In this document: one piece after another, positions 9,365 to 17,655 of the stretch
Numbering within the stretch: the stretch's first letter is position 1
Layout of the letters: each line of letters opens with the position of its first letter
Assembly: GCA_041477065.1 (NCBI GenBank)
Contig: JBGOUQ010000017.1
Span: 3,669 to 67,668, forward strand
From: Gemmatimonadota bacterium
GTDB lineage: Bacteria > Gemmatimonadota > Gemmatimonadetes > Gemmatimonadales > GWC2-71-9
Reading direction: 5' to 3'
Length of the DNA: 64,000 bases
Notes under the pieces: generated by a model
The model's database searches: none
Told to the model about the DNA's origin: nothing
What the model saw: only the letters and a program-made list of their open reading frames with translations
Translations under genes and position numbers: made by a program

Positions 9365-10000
9365 GTGCGAGGGCTCGCGCTCCTCGCGATGGTGGTTGTT
9401 GCCGCGGCACCCGCCGCGGCGGCGACCCAATCTCCTTCGCTCTCGATCACTGTCGAGCGCGAGACGCCGCGCATCCAGACCACCGCGCTGCTCGCCGACG
9501 GCAAGTACCTGGCGCTAATGCGCTCCGGGTTCCCCCTGCGGCTGCACTATCGTCTGGAGCTGTGGCGGGTGCGCTCGGGTTGGTTCGACCAGTTCGTACG
9601 AGAGGCCACCTGGGACGCCCTGGCCCGCCACGATCCCCTGGCCGACGACTTCGTGCTGATCCGCAGCGGCGGCTCGGTGAAGCGCTACGTCACCCCCGAG
9701 GATCTGGCGCGCGCGCTCGAAATCCCCTATCGCGTCACCCTCGCCCCCAAAGCGGGGGGGGGGGATGGGCGGTTCTACTTCCTCTGCCGGCTCGACGTCG
9801 CGACGCTGAACGACACCGACCTGGAAGAGCTGACGCGGTGGTTGAAGGGAGACGTGAGCCCGGCGGTGTCGGGCCAAGGCAGCGTGGGAGATGCGCTGGC
9901 GCGGGGGTTACAGCGTGTCCTGGTCCGCATCGCGGGGCTGCCCCGGCTCACGCTGGAGGCGCGCTCCACGGAATTCCGCCCGGCCGCGCCGGCGCGCTAG
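9365..10000 (+). CDS. DUF4390-like exported protein
   Basis: Frame of ORF 9320..10000. GTG 9365 lies 2 nt after the upstream stop (VRGLALLAMVVVAAAPAAAATQ is signal-like). Central LRLHYRLELWRVRSGWFDQFV...FYFLCRLDVATLNDTDLEEL resembles DUF4390. Confidence 0.55.
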   Translation: MRGLALLAMVVVAAAPAAAATQSPSLSITVERETPRIQTTALLADGKYLALMRSGFPLRLHYRLELWRVRSGWFDQFVREATWDALARHDPLADDFVLIRSGGSVKRYVTPEDLARALEIPYRVTLAPKAGGGDGRFYFLCRLDVATLNDTDLEELTRWLKGDVSPAVSGQGSVGDALARGLQRVLVRIAGLPRLTLEARSTEFRPAAPAR

Positions 10001-10001
10001 G

Positions 10002-10397
10002 TCAACTGCCGAATTGCCGGTCGATCGCTTCCCGGATCTGCTGCAGTGAGCTCCCCGCCTGCGCCATCCGCGTGGCGGCCATGGCCTCCCCCATGCAAAT
10101 GTCGCAGTAGGCACCGTGCTCGGATTCGAAGCAGGTGAGCAACGAGCGATGGCCCGCCGTGCGCGAGCAGTTGCAGTGGCAATAGACGCCGTCCAGCACG
10201 CCGGGCACCGCGTGGGCCGCCGCGTAGGCTTCGACCGAGCCCGGCGTGCGCGGGACCAGCCCCGGCGGCAGCACCTTCTCCGCGGTGATGCCGGGCCGCG
10301 GATCGGGATGGGTCGTGGCGTGCCCCGTGCGGGTCACGACCAACACCGCGGCCAGCGCCACGACCGCGACGCCCGCGATCACCCACGGCGATCTCAC
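10002..10397 (-). CDS. membrane-anchored Cys-rich protein, CYCXC/PCYCGC-motif family-like
   Basis: Within ORF 10002..10655. GTG 10397 (VRSPWVIAGVAVVALAAVLVV... TM anchor). Motif GVYCHCNCSRTAGHRSLLTCFESEHGAYCDICMGEA. GTGA overlap with the HNH stop. Confidence 0.5.
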   Translation of the reverse strand: MRSPWVIAGVAVVALAAVLVVTRTGHATTHPDPRPGITAEKVLPPGLVPRTPGSVEAYAAAHAVPGVLDGVYCHCNCSRTAGHRSLLTCFESEHGAYCDICMGEAMAATRMAQAGSSLQQIREAIDRQFGS

Positions 10398-10945
10398 AAC
10401 CCCTCCAGCGTCGCCAGCACGTCGGCACCGTAGAACAGCCGGATGTAGCGGCTCTGGATCGGCGTGAGCCGGCGCACCGCCCAGGCGAGGTGCACGAAGT
10501 GCGGCTCGACCGGCGGCCGCAGCGGGTGCATCCCCACTTCTTGGGGCAGGAGGTTGCCCTTGCGGGTGTTGCAGGTGCTGCAGGCGGTGAGCACGTTGCT
10601 CCACGCGTTTGTTCCGCCCCGAGACAGTGGGACGAGGTGATCGCGCGTCAGGCACTCACGATGCCGGAGCTCGCCCTGGTGTCGGCCGCAGAACTGGCAA
10701 CGGTAGTCATCACGGGCGAACAGGAAGGTGTTCGTGACCTGGCGGCGGAACCGCCGGGGGACGTGCACGAACTTGACCAGCCGGATCACCGCCGGGCGCG
10801 GGATGGCCAGGCGCTCGCTGCGGACGACCGCGCCCCGGTCGGCTTCGACGATCTCGGCTTTGCCGTCGATCACGAGGCGCAGGGCCCGGCGCACGGGCAC
10901 CATGGTCAGAGGCTCGAAGGACGCGTTCAGCGCAAGGCAGCGCAC
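10394..10945 (-). CDS. HNH endonuclease family protein
   Basis: CQFCGRH...LTRDHLVPLSRGGTNAWSNVLTACSTCNTRKGN. Preferred GTG 10945 (VRCLALNASFEPL) is preceded by GGGAGGG; the ORF-track start at 10987 is possible. Confidence 0.8.
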   Translation of the reverse strand: MRCLALNASFEPLTMVPVRRALRLVIDGKAEIVEADRGAVVRSERLAIPRPAVIRLVKFVHVPRRFRRQVTNTFLFARDDYRCQFCGRHQGELRHRECLTRDHLVPLSRGGTNAWSNVLTACSTCNTRKGNLLPQEVGMHPLRPPVEPHFVHLAWAVRRLTPIQSRYIRLFYGADVLATLEGL

Positions 10946-11040
10946 GGATCGCCCTCCCGGCGATAAAAGCGCCGCCCCACTCACCACGGGAGGCGGCGTC
11001 GTATGCTACACAGGGAGATAACGCGAAGCAAGACCGGGGG

Positions 11041-12438
11041 TTAAGCCCCGAGGGCAAACGCTTTGCGGAGCTCCTCGAGCTGGCCCTCCACCGATCGCCG
11101 GGACGAGCCGCCCGCGGTGGCGCGACTTTCGACGCTGTCCTCCCACGTGCCGAGCTGCGCGACCGCGGCGCCAAGATGGGGGTGGATCCCCGCCGCCACC
11201 GCGGCCGGGATCTTGTCGAGCGGTACGCTGGCGCGCTCGGCCTCCCGCACCAGCTTGCCCACCAGGCCGTGACTCTCGCGGAACGGCACGCCCGCCTCGA
11301 CCAGCAGGTCCGCCAGATCGGTGGCGCGCAGCGAAGCGTCGAGCGCCGCCGCCATGCGCGTGGCGCTCACGGTCAGGGTCCGCGTCGCGCCGGTGACCGC
11401 CGGCAGCACGACGCTCAGCGTATCGAAGGCATCGAACAGGAGCGCCTTGTCTTCCTGCAGATCCTTCTGGTAGCCGGCGGGGATCCCTTTGAGGGTGGTG
11501 AGCAGCGCCACCAGGTCGCCCAGCAGGCGGCCGGACTTGGCGCGGGCCAGCTCGAAGACATCGGGGTTGCGCTTCTGCGGCATGAGGCTCGAGCCGGTGC
11601 TGAAGGCATCGGAGAGCTGCACGAAGCCGAACTCCGAGCTGGCGTAAAGGATGATCTCGGCGGCCAGGCGTGACAGATGCACGCCGACGAGCGTCAGCGT
11701 GAACAACACCTCGGCCACGAAGTCACGGTCGCCCGTGACGTCCAGTGCGTTGGCCGACACGCTGCGAAAGCCCAAGGCCTCCTTGAGGAGCACACGATCC
11801 ACCGGGAAGCCGGAGCCGGCGAGCGCGCCGGAGCCGAGGGGCAGCTCGGCCACGCGGCGTCGCGCGTCGCCGAGGCGCTGGCGGTCCCGCACCAGGGGCC
11901 ACGCATGCGCGAGCAAGACGTAGGCCCAGCGCACCGGCTGGGCACGCTGGCCGTGGGTGTACCCCGGGAGCAGGACGTCGACGCCCTCGTTGGCTCGCTC
12001 CACCAGGGCGCGGCCCAGGGCGGCGAGGTCGGCATCGAGGTGGTCGACGGCGTCGAGGGTCCACAGCCGCAGATCGGTGGCGACCTGGTCGTTGCGGGAA
12101 CGGCCGGTGTGCAGCTTGCCGGCCACCGCTCCGACTTCGTCGTACAGCAGCCGCTCGACCAGGGTGTGCACGTCTTCGTCGGGAGCGCCGGCGGCGGCGC
12201 CGTCGGCGAGCCGCTCGGCGACGCGGTCCAATCCACCCTCGAGCTGGGTCTCCTCCGCGGGCGTCAGGACCCCGACCCGGCCGAGGGCGTGGGCCCAGGC
12301 CTTGCTGGCGGCGACGTCCTGCGGCCAGAGGCGGTGGTCCACGGGGAGGCTGCGGTTGAGGGCGTCGAGCGCCTCACTCGGGCCGAGGGCGAATCGGCCC
12401 CCCCACATATGATGGGCGGGGGTCTCGGTCGGCGGCAT
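11041..12438 (-). CDS. argH: argininosuccinate lyase
   Basis: MWGGRFALGPSEALDALNRSL..., GYTHGQRAQP, GSSLMPQKRNPD. Start ATG 12438 shares one nt with the argG stop. Confidence 0.95.
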   Translation of the reverse strand: MPPTETPAHHMWGGRFALGPSEALDALNRSLPVDHRLWPQDVAASKAWAHALGRVGVLTPAEETQLEGGLDRVAERLADGAAAGAPDEDVHTLVERLLYDEVGAVAGKLHTGRSRNDQVATDLRLWTLDAVDHLDADLAALGRALVERANEGVDVLLPGYTHGQRAQPVRWAYVLLAHAWPLVRDRQRLGDARRRVAELPLGSGALAGSGFPVDRVLLKEALGFRSVSANALDVTGDRDFVAEVLFTLTLVGVHLSRLAAEIILYASSEFGFVQLSDAFSTGSSLMPQKRNPDVFELARAKSGRLLGDLVALLTTLKGIPAGYQKDLQEDKALLFDAFDTLSVVLPAVTGATRTLTVSATRMAAALDASLRATDLADLLVEAGVPFRESHGLVGKLVREAERASVPLDKIPAAVAAGIHPHLGAAVAQLGTWEDSVESRATAGGSSRRSVEGQLEELRKAFALGA

Positions 12439-13670
12439 CAGTCCGCGGCCGCCGCCCCGACGGTGCGCTCGCGCTCGGCGGCCAGGCCGGCTCCGATCTT
12501 GATCGCCAGCCCGTACAGGTGGATGAACCCCTCGGCGTCCTTCTGGTTGTAGACGTTGTCCTTGCCGAAGGTGGCGTAGGAGGGCTGGTACAGCGCGCAC
12601 GGACTCTCCCGGCCCGCCACCGTCACGCCGCCCTTGAACAGCTTGAGCCGGACGGTGCCGGTGACGGTTTTCTGTGTGGCCGTGACGAGGGCGTCGAGCG
12701 CTTCACGCTCGGGTGTCCACCAGCGGCCGTCGTACACCAGGTCGGCGTAGCGAAGCGCGATTTCGTCTTTGAGCCGGAGCGTGCGGCGGTCGAGCACGAG
12801 CTGCTCGAGCTCGCGGTGCGCGGCGTAGAGGAGCGTCCCGCCGGGGGTTTCGTACACGCCGCGCGACTTCATCCCGACCAGCCGGTCTTCGACGACGTCC
12901 GCCCGGCCGACGCCGTGCTCGCCCGCGAGCTCGTTCAGCGTCTCGAGCAGCTCGACGGGACTGAGCGGCACGTGATCCACGCTCACGGGATTGCCTTCTT
13001 CGAAGCCGATCTGGACCATCGCGGGCTCGTCGGGCGCGCGGCGCGGGTCCCTGGTCATGAGGAAGATGTGCTCGGGGGCTTCGCGCGACGGATCCTCCAG
13101 AATGCCGCCTTCGTGCGAGCAGTGCCACAGATTGCGGTCTGTGGAGTAGGGTTTCTCGGCCGTGGCGACGACCGGGACCCCTTTCTGCTTCACATAGGCG
13201 ATCAGATCCTCCCGGCTCTTGAAGTCCCACTCGCGCCAGGGGGCGATGACCTGCAGCTCCGGGGCGAGCGCGGCGTAGGTGAGCTCGAAGCGCACCTGAT
13301 CGTTCCCCTTGCCGGTGCAGCCGTGGGCGACGGCCTGAGCGCCGAGGCGCTGCGCCAGCGCCGCGTGATGCGCGGCGGTGAGGGGGCGCGCCATGGACGT
13401 GCCGAGGAGGTAGGTCCGGGCGTAGACCGCGCCGGCCCGCAGCGTCGGGAAGACGAAGTCGCGGACGAACTCCTCGCGCAGATCCTCGACGATGCAGTCC
13501 TGGGCACCGGAGCGCTTGGCTTTTTCGACGAGCCCATCGAGCTCGCCGGCGCCCTGCCCCACGTCCGCCGCGAAGCACACCACGCGGGCTCCGTAGCGCT
13601 CGCGGAGCCACGGCACGATCGCGGAGGTATCGAGTCCGCCCGAGTACGCCAGGACGACCAGTGGGCCCAT
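12438..13670 (-). CDS. argG: argininosuccinate synthase
   Basis: VVLAYSGGLDTS..., GCTGKGNDQVRFE. Start ATG 13670 is preceded by GGAG. Confidence 0.95.
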   Translation of the reverse strand: MGPLVVLAYSGGLDTSAIVPWLRERYGARVVCFAADVGQGAGELDGLVEKAKRSGAQDCIVEDLREEFVRDFVFPTLRAGAVYARTYLLGTSMARPLTAAHHAALAQRLGAQAVAHGCTGKGNDQVRFELTYAALAPELQVIAPWREWDFKSREDLIAYVKQKGVPVVATAEKPYSTDRNLWHCSHEGGILEDPSREAPEHIFLMTRDPRRAPDEPAMVQIGFEEGNPVSVDHVPLSPVELLETLNELAGEHGVGRADVVEDRLVGMKSRGVYETPGGTLLYAAHRELEQLVLDRRTLRLKDEIALRYADLVYDGRWWTPEREALDALVTATQKTVTGTVRLKLFKGGVTVAGRESPCALYQPSYATFGKDNVYNQKDAEGFIHLYGLAIKIGAGLAAERERTVGAAAAD

Positions 13671-13678
13671 GTCCACTC

Positions 13679-13716
13679 CCTGTAGGTTTATGCAGGATGA
13701 TGAATAAAAATACAGG
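13679..13716 (-). promoter_or_regulatory. candidate tandem ARG boxes (ArgR operator) in front of argG
   Basis: Minus strand reads CCTGTATTTTTATTCATC-AT-CCTGCATAAACCTACAGG: two 18-bp units 2 bp apart. The first core TGTATTTTTATTCA fits TGNATwwwwATNCA. This is the only AT-rich patch in the argR-argG gap. Confidence 0.45.
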
Positions 13717-13752
13717 GCGTGGAAACGGCGTGTCAAGGTGCCGCGGCCGGCG

Positions 13753-14208
13753 TCAGCCCGGGAGTCCGGCGAGCTCCCGGAGCCGCGTCTGCACCGCCCG
13801 GCGGGCGCGCTCACTGCGGGTGATGACGAGGATGGCGTCGTCGCCGGCGATCGTGCCGATGATCTCGCTCCAGCCGGCGCCGTCCACCGCGAGGCCCAGC
13901 GGTTGGGCGCCGCCAGTCGCGGTTTTCAACACGAGCAGCGGGCCCACCCCGTCCGCCGACACGAGCATGGTGGGCAGCAGCTGCTCCAAGTGCGGACGAA
14001 CCTGGCCCCCGGACTCTGGCGGCGCGTAGTGCGACCCACCGTCGGGGGCGGACACCTTGGCGAGACCCAGCTCACGGATGTCGCGGGAGAGCGTGGCCTG
14101 CGTGACGTCGAATCCCTCCGCCCGGAGGAGCTCCCGCAGCTGCTCCTGGCTGCCCACGCGCTCGCGGCGCACGACATTGAGGAGGGCGGCGTGACGCTGG
14201 GTTTTCAT
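13753..14208 (-). CDS. argR: arginine repressor
   Basis: MKTQRHAALLNVVRRERVGSQEQLRELLRAEGFDVTQATLSRDIRELGLAKV; C-terminal GTIAGDDAILV. Confidence 0.9.
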   Translation of the reverse strand: MKTQRHAALLNVVRRERVGSQEQLRELLRAEGFDVTQATLSRDIRELGLAKVSAPDGGSHYAPPESGGQVRPHLEQLLPTMLVSADGVGPLLVLKTATGGAQPLGLAVDGAGWSEIIGTIAGDDAILVITRSERARRAVQTRLRELAGLPG

Positions 14209-14220
14209 GCATCCAATCTA

Positions 14221-15408
14221 CTATTTATGCAGCCTGTGGACGATCCGGCCGGAGACGGCGGTCAGGACGGCGGCGGATGGGCGGATCGGCGGGTAGGCGG
14301 ATAGTACAGTGAGATCGGCCGCCTTCCCCACTTCCAGGGAGCCGATCTCCGCCTCCCACCTGAGAGCCCGGGCTCCCTCGATGGTCAGCATCCGCAGGGC
14401 GTCCTCCCCCCGAAATCCCGCCGCCTCGGCCTCGGCCCAGAGATCGAGCGGCCCGACGCTCACCACCGAGTCGGTGCCCAGCCCCACGCCGATTCCCGCC
14501 GCCCGCAGCGCCGCCAGCGGTGCCGCGCCGTGACCGTGTGCCCGGTTGGAGCGCGGGCAGTGGGCGATCGTCGCCCCCGCCCGGGCCAGGATGGCGATGT
14601 CTGCCTCGCTCACCTGCACGCAATGCACGCACAGGCAACCGGACGCCACGACCCCGAGTCGTGCGAGATGCTCGACGGGGCTGCAGTGCAGCGGCTGCAC
14701 GGCGATGCCCCGGCCGCGCAGCGCCTCGGCGAACGGTCCGGTTCCCTCCCGCACGAATTCCGACTCCTCCCGCGACTCGGCGAGGTGCGCCGCCACCGGA
14801 AGCGCCGCCCGGCGCGCGTACTCGACCACGGCGCTGTACAGCGCGCTGCTGACGGTGTACGGCGCGTGCGGCGAGACGCCGAGGCGCACCTGGGGCGAGA
14901 CCAAGCGGCGCAGCCGCGCGACCGCCGCCTCGAGCTCGGCCATGCTCGACTCGAGGTGCGCGGGGTCGGGCCCGAATACTTCCTGGTACACGACGCCCCG
15001 CCCGCCGAGCCGGGCGAGCGCTTCCATCACCGCTCCGGTGCTCCCGGTCTCCGCGACGCAGGTCACGCCAGCGGCCCACCCCTCCCGGATCCCCTGCTCC
15101 GCCGCACGGTCGAACCCCTCCGGCGGCGTGGCATCCTTGAGCTGGCGCACGCGCCGGATCCAGCGCGGGAACTCCCGCTCCGCGTTCTGCCCGGCGAGAT
15201 GCGTCAGCTCGAGGTGCGTGTGGCAATTCACCAGTCCCGGCACGAGGTGGGCGCTGGGGAACTCGAGCGTCGTCGTACCGGGGGGCGCGGGAACGTGGGA
15301 GTGCGGGCCGACGGCGGCGATGCGACCATCGTCACCAACGAGAACGGCGCCATCGGAGATCGGTGGCGCCGTGACGGGGTGCACCGAGCCGGCGCGGATG
15401 CGCAGCAT
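14221..15408 (-). CDS. amidohydrolase family protein (chlorohydrolase / aminodeoxyfutalosine-deaminase-like)
   Basis: Within ORF 14221..16236. ATG 15408 (MLRIRAGSVHPV...). Metal motif LVNCHTHLELT; later HCVQV and GTDS. Confidence 0.8.
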   Translation of the reverse strand: MLRIRAGSVHPVTAPPISDGAVLVGDDGRIAAVGPHSHVPAPPGTTTLEFPSAHLVPGLVNCHTHLELTHLAGQNAEREFPRWIRRVRQLKDATPPEGFDRAAEQGIREGWAAGVTCVAETGSTGAVMEALARLGGRGVVYQEVFGPDPAHLESSMAELEAAVARLRRLVSPQVRLGVSPHAPYTVSSALYSAVVEYARRAALPVAAHLAESREESEFVREGTGPFAEALRGRGIAVQPLHCSPVEHLARLGVVASGCLCVHCVQVSEADIAILARAGATIAHCPRSNRAHGHGAAPLAALRAAGIGVGLGTDSVVSVGPLDLWAEAEAAGFRGEDALRMLTIEGARALRWEAEIGSLEVGKAADLTVLSAYPPIRPSAAVLTAVSGRIVHRLHK

Positions 15409-15425
15409 CGGCGGGGGCGAGCGGG

Positions 15426-17585
15426 TCAGGGCGTGAGCGCCGGGCCGAGGACGCGGTGCACCGGGCACTCCTGGGTGGGTTCCGTGCCCGGATAGAACCA
15501 CTCCCAGCGGTGCAGCTTCTGCGGGCAGAACGGTGTGGCGAGGTAGCCGGTCGAGTCGTCCACCTCGCGCGTCACCAGCGAGTCGGGCCGGGTCCAATCG
15601 GCTGGAGCCGGGCGCCGGTCGTAGACGTCGCGCATGAACGACGTCCAGGCGGGGGCCACGATGCGTCCGCCGCCCGCGTTGTGGTCGAGGATGCGGCGCT
15701 GATAGTCGTAGCCCATCCAAATCCCGGCCACCATCTCCGACGTGTACCCGATGAACCAGGCATCGGTATAGTCGTTGGTCGTCCCCGTCTTGCCCGCGGC
15801 GGGCAGGGTGAAGCCCGCACCCCACACTGCGCTGTAGGCGGTGCCGCGGCGGATCACATCCTTCATCATATCCACCATCAGCCAGGTGTGCTCGGGGTCC
15901 ATCACCAGCTCGGTGACCGGCCGCGGCTGCCAGAGAATGGTGCCGCGCCGGTCCTCGACCCGCAGGATGCCCTGCGGGACGGCGCGGGTGCCGAGCGTCG
16001 CGAACGCGGAGTAGGCGGCGATCATCTCGATGGGCCGCACGCTGGCCGCACCGATGTGAATCGCGGGAAACGCGCCGATCGGCGTCGTGAGGCCGTAGCT
16101 CTTCGCCTCCCCGATCACCGTCTGCTCCCCCAGCGCCATGCCCAGCTTGATCGTCGCCAGGTTGCGGGAGCCGTACAACGCTCTCCGCATCGTGATCTGC
16201 CCCCAAGTCGAGTCGTCGTCGTCCTTGGGATTCCACAGGCTGCTGTCGAGCTGCATGATCGGCTGGCTCAAGGGCGTGTCGTCGAGCATCTCCGTCACGG
16301 GATGGCCGGCGCGGACGGCGGCCGAGTAGACGAACGGCTTGAACGTCGAGCCCGCCTGGCGGGTGGCCTGGACGACGCGATTGAACTTGGAATCCTCGAA
16401 GTCGCGGCCGCCGATCATGGCGCGGATGTAGCCGGTGTTCGCCTCGAGTGCGAGGAACGCTCCCTGGAGGTACGGGGTGAACGAGCCGTGGTCCTCGCCG
16501 TTGGCGCGGGAGGACTCGATGTAGTCGCGGTAGGTGACGGCGCCGGACGGGAGCTTGGCGTACACGCCGGACTCGACGGCGTCGAGCTGGGCTTGGAGCG
16601 CGCGCTCGGCGGCCTCCTGCATGTCGAGGTCGAGGGTGGTGTAGATGCGCAGGCCCCCTTCGTACAGGTCGCGGCCGAAGCGCGCGTCAAGCTGGCCGCG
16701 CAGCCATTCCACGAAGTACGGCGCGACGTCCCCGTAGCTGGTGCGGTTGGTCGTCAACATCAGCGGATACGCTTTCCAGTACTCGGTCTCCTCGGGGGTG
16801 AGGAAGCCCTGGTCGCGCATCAAGGTGAGGACGAGGTTGCGGCGCCGCACCGAGCGGTCGGGGTGCAGCCGCGGATTGTAGGAGGTCGGCGCCTTGGGGA
16901 TCGCGGCGAGGGTCGCGGACTCGGCGACGTTCAGATCGCGGGCCGACTTGCCAAAGTAGATCTGGGCCGCCGCTTCGACGCCGTGGGCGCCCGCGCCGAG
17001 GTCGATCTGATTCAGGTACAGCTGGAGGATGGTGTCCTTGGGGAAGTTGCGCTCGATCTCCAGCGCGACGCGGGCCTCCTTGAGCTTGCGGGTGAGCTGC
17101 TTCTGCCGGCTGATCTCGTCGGGGAAGATGTTCCGCGCCAGCTGCATCGTGATCGTCGAGAACCCCTGGCTGTAGCCGAGGGAGACGATGTTGGCTTTGA
17201 AGGCGCCGAGGATGCGCCAGTAGTCGATGCCGTGATGCGCGTAGAAGCGCTTGTCCTCGGTGGCGACGAACGCCTGGCGCATAGGGAGCGGGATCTGGCT
17301 GAGCGGCACGACGGTGCGGCGCTCGGCACCGTACTCGGCGATCAGCCGGCCGTCGGCCGCATAGACCTTCGACGTCTGGGTCTGCCCGCCGCCCTGCAGC
17401 GGAAAAAGCCGCGAAATGCTGGGACAGCGTTCGGCCGCGCACACCCGCGTCCACGAGCCGTAGGCGACCCCCACGCCGTAGCCGCACGCGAGCAGCACCG
17501 CGGCGATGAGGCGCCCGCGAATCTTGCGGTCCTGCCACCAGCGCGCGGGGTCGGGGAGCGGGATGGGCGAGGAGAGCGTGGCCAT
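15426..17585 (-). CDS. class A penicillin-binding protein (transglycosylase/transpeptidase, PBP1A-like)
   Basis: Within ORF 15426..17747. ATG 17585 (MATLSSPIPL..., then a TM segment). GT51 motifs EDKRFYAHHGID and RKLKEA. Transpeptidase motifs STFKP and KTGTT. Confidence 0.9.
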   Translation of the reverse strand: MATLSSPIPLPDPARWWQDRKIRGRLIAAVLLACGYGVGVAYGSWTRVCAAERCPSISRLFPLQGGGQTQTSKVYAADGRLIAEYGAERRTVVPLSQIPLPMRQAFVATEDKRFYAHHGIDYWRILGAFKANIVSLGYSQGFSTITMQLARNIFPDEISRQKQLTRKLKEARVALEIERNFPKDTILQLYLNQIDLGAGAHGVEAAAQIYFGKSARDLNVAESATLAAIPKAPTSYNPRLHPDRSVRRRNLVLTLMRDQGFLTPEETEYWKAYPLMLTTNRTSYGDVAPYFVEWLRGQLDARFGRDLYEGGLRIYTTLDLDMQEAAERALQAQLDAVESGVYAKLPSGAVTYRDYIESSRANGEDHGSFTPYLQGAFLALEANTGYIRAMIGGRDFEDSKFNRVVQATRQAGSTFKPFVYSAAVRAGHPVTEMLDDTPLSQPIMQLDSSLWNPKDDDDSTWGQITMRRALYGSRNLATIKLGMALGEQTVIGEAKSYGLTTPIGAFPAIHIGAASVRPIEMIAAYSAFATLGTRAVPQGILRVEDRRGTILWQPRPVTELVMDPEHTWLMVDMMKDVIRRGTAYSAVWGAGFTLPAAGKTGTTNDYTDAWFIGYTSEMVAGIWMGYDYQRRILDHNAGGGRIVAPAWTSFMRDVYDRRPAPADWTRPDSLVTREVDDSTGYLATPFCPQKLHRWEWFYPGTEPTQECPVHRVLGPALTP

Positions 17586-17655
17586 CGGATTACAACCTAG
17601 TGAGGTCGCCGCGCGCTTGCCAGCGCGCAACGGGCTTCGTACGATTCGCCACCAT

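Noticed and set aside
10394-10945. The HNH endonuclease as part of a restriction-modification system, homing element or mobile intron.
   Set aside because: No methyltransferase, intein or intron context, terminal repeats or integrase are present. The size and motif match the widespread stand-alone HNH family.
14221-16236. The 671-aa ORF read as one gene.
   Set aside because: Only the C-terminal 395 aa (from ATG 15408, MLRIRAG...) look like an amidohydrolase. The upstream part overlaps the PBP1A gene in another frame and is Arg/Gly/Pro-rich shadow sequence.
15456-17600. Very long ORFs antisense to or out of frame with real genes. Examples: 15456..17600 (+, 714 aa), 23256..25121 (+, 621 aa), 45157..47166 (-, 669 aa), 28252..29499 (+), 59614..60870 (+), 62524..63723 (+).
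   Set aside because: Their translations are Arg/Gly/Pro/Ala/His-rich low-complexity sequence with no motifs. They lie opposite or out of frame to genes with clear family signatures. These are typical shadow ORFs of a high-GC genome in which stop codons are rare.
17611-17628. GC palindrome GCGCGCTTGCCAGCGCGC in the divergent PBP1A/tyrS region, considered as a regulatory hairpin or T-box remnant.
   Set aside because: The (GC)n stems are self-complementary low-complexity sequence that is common in this genome. The 70-nt gap is far too short for a T-box leader.
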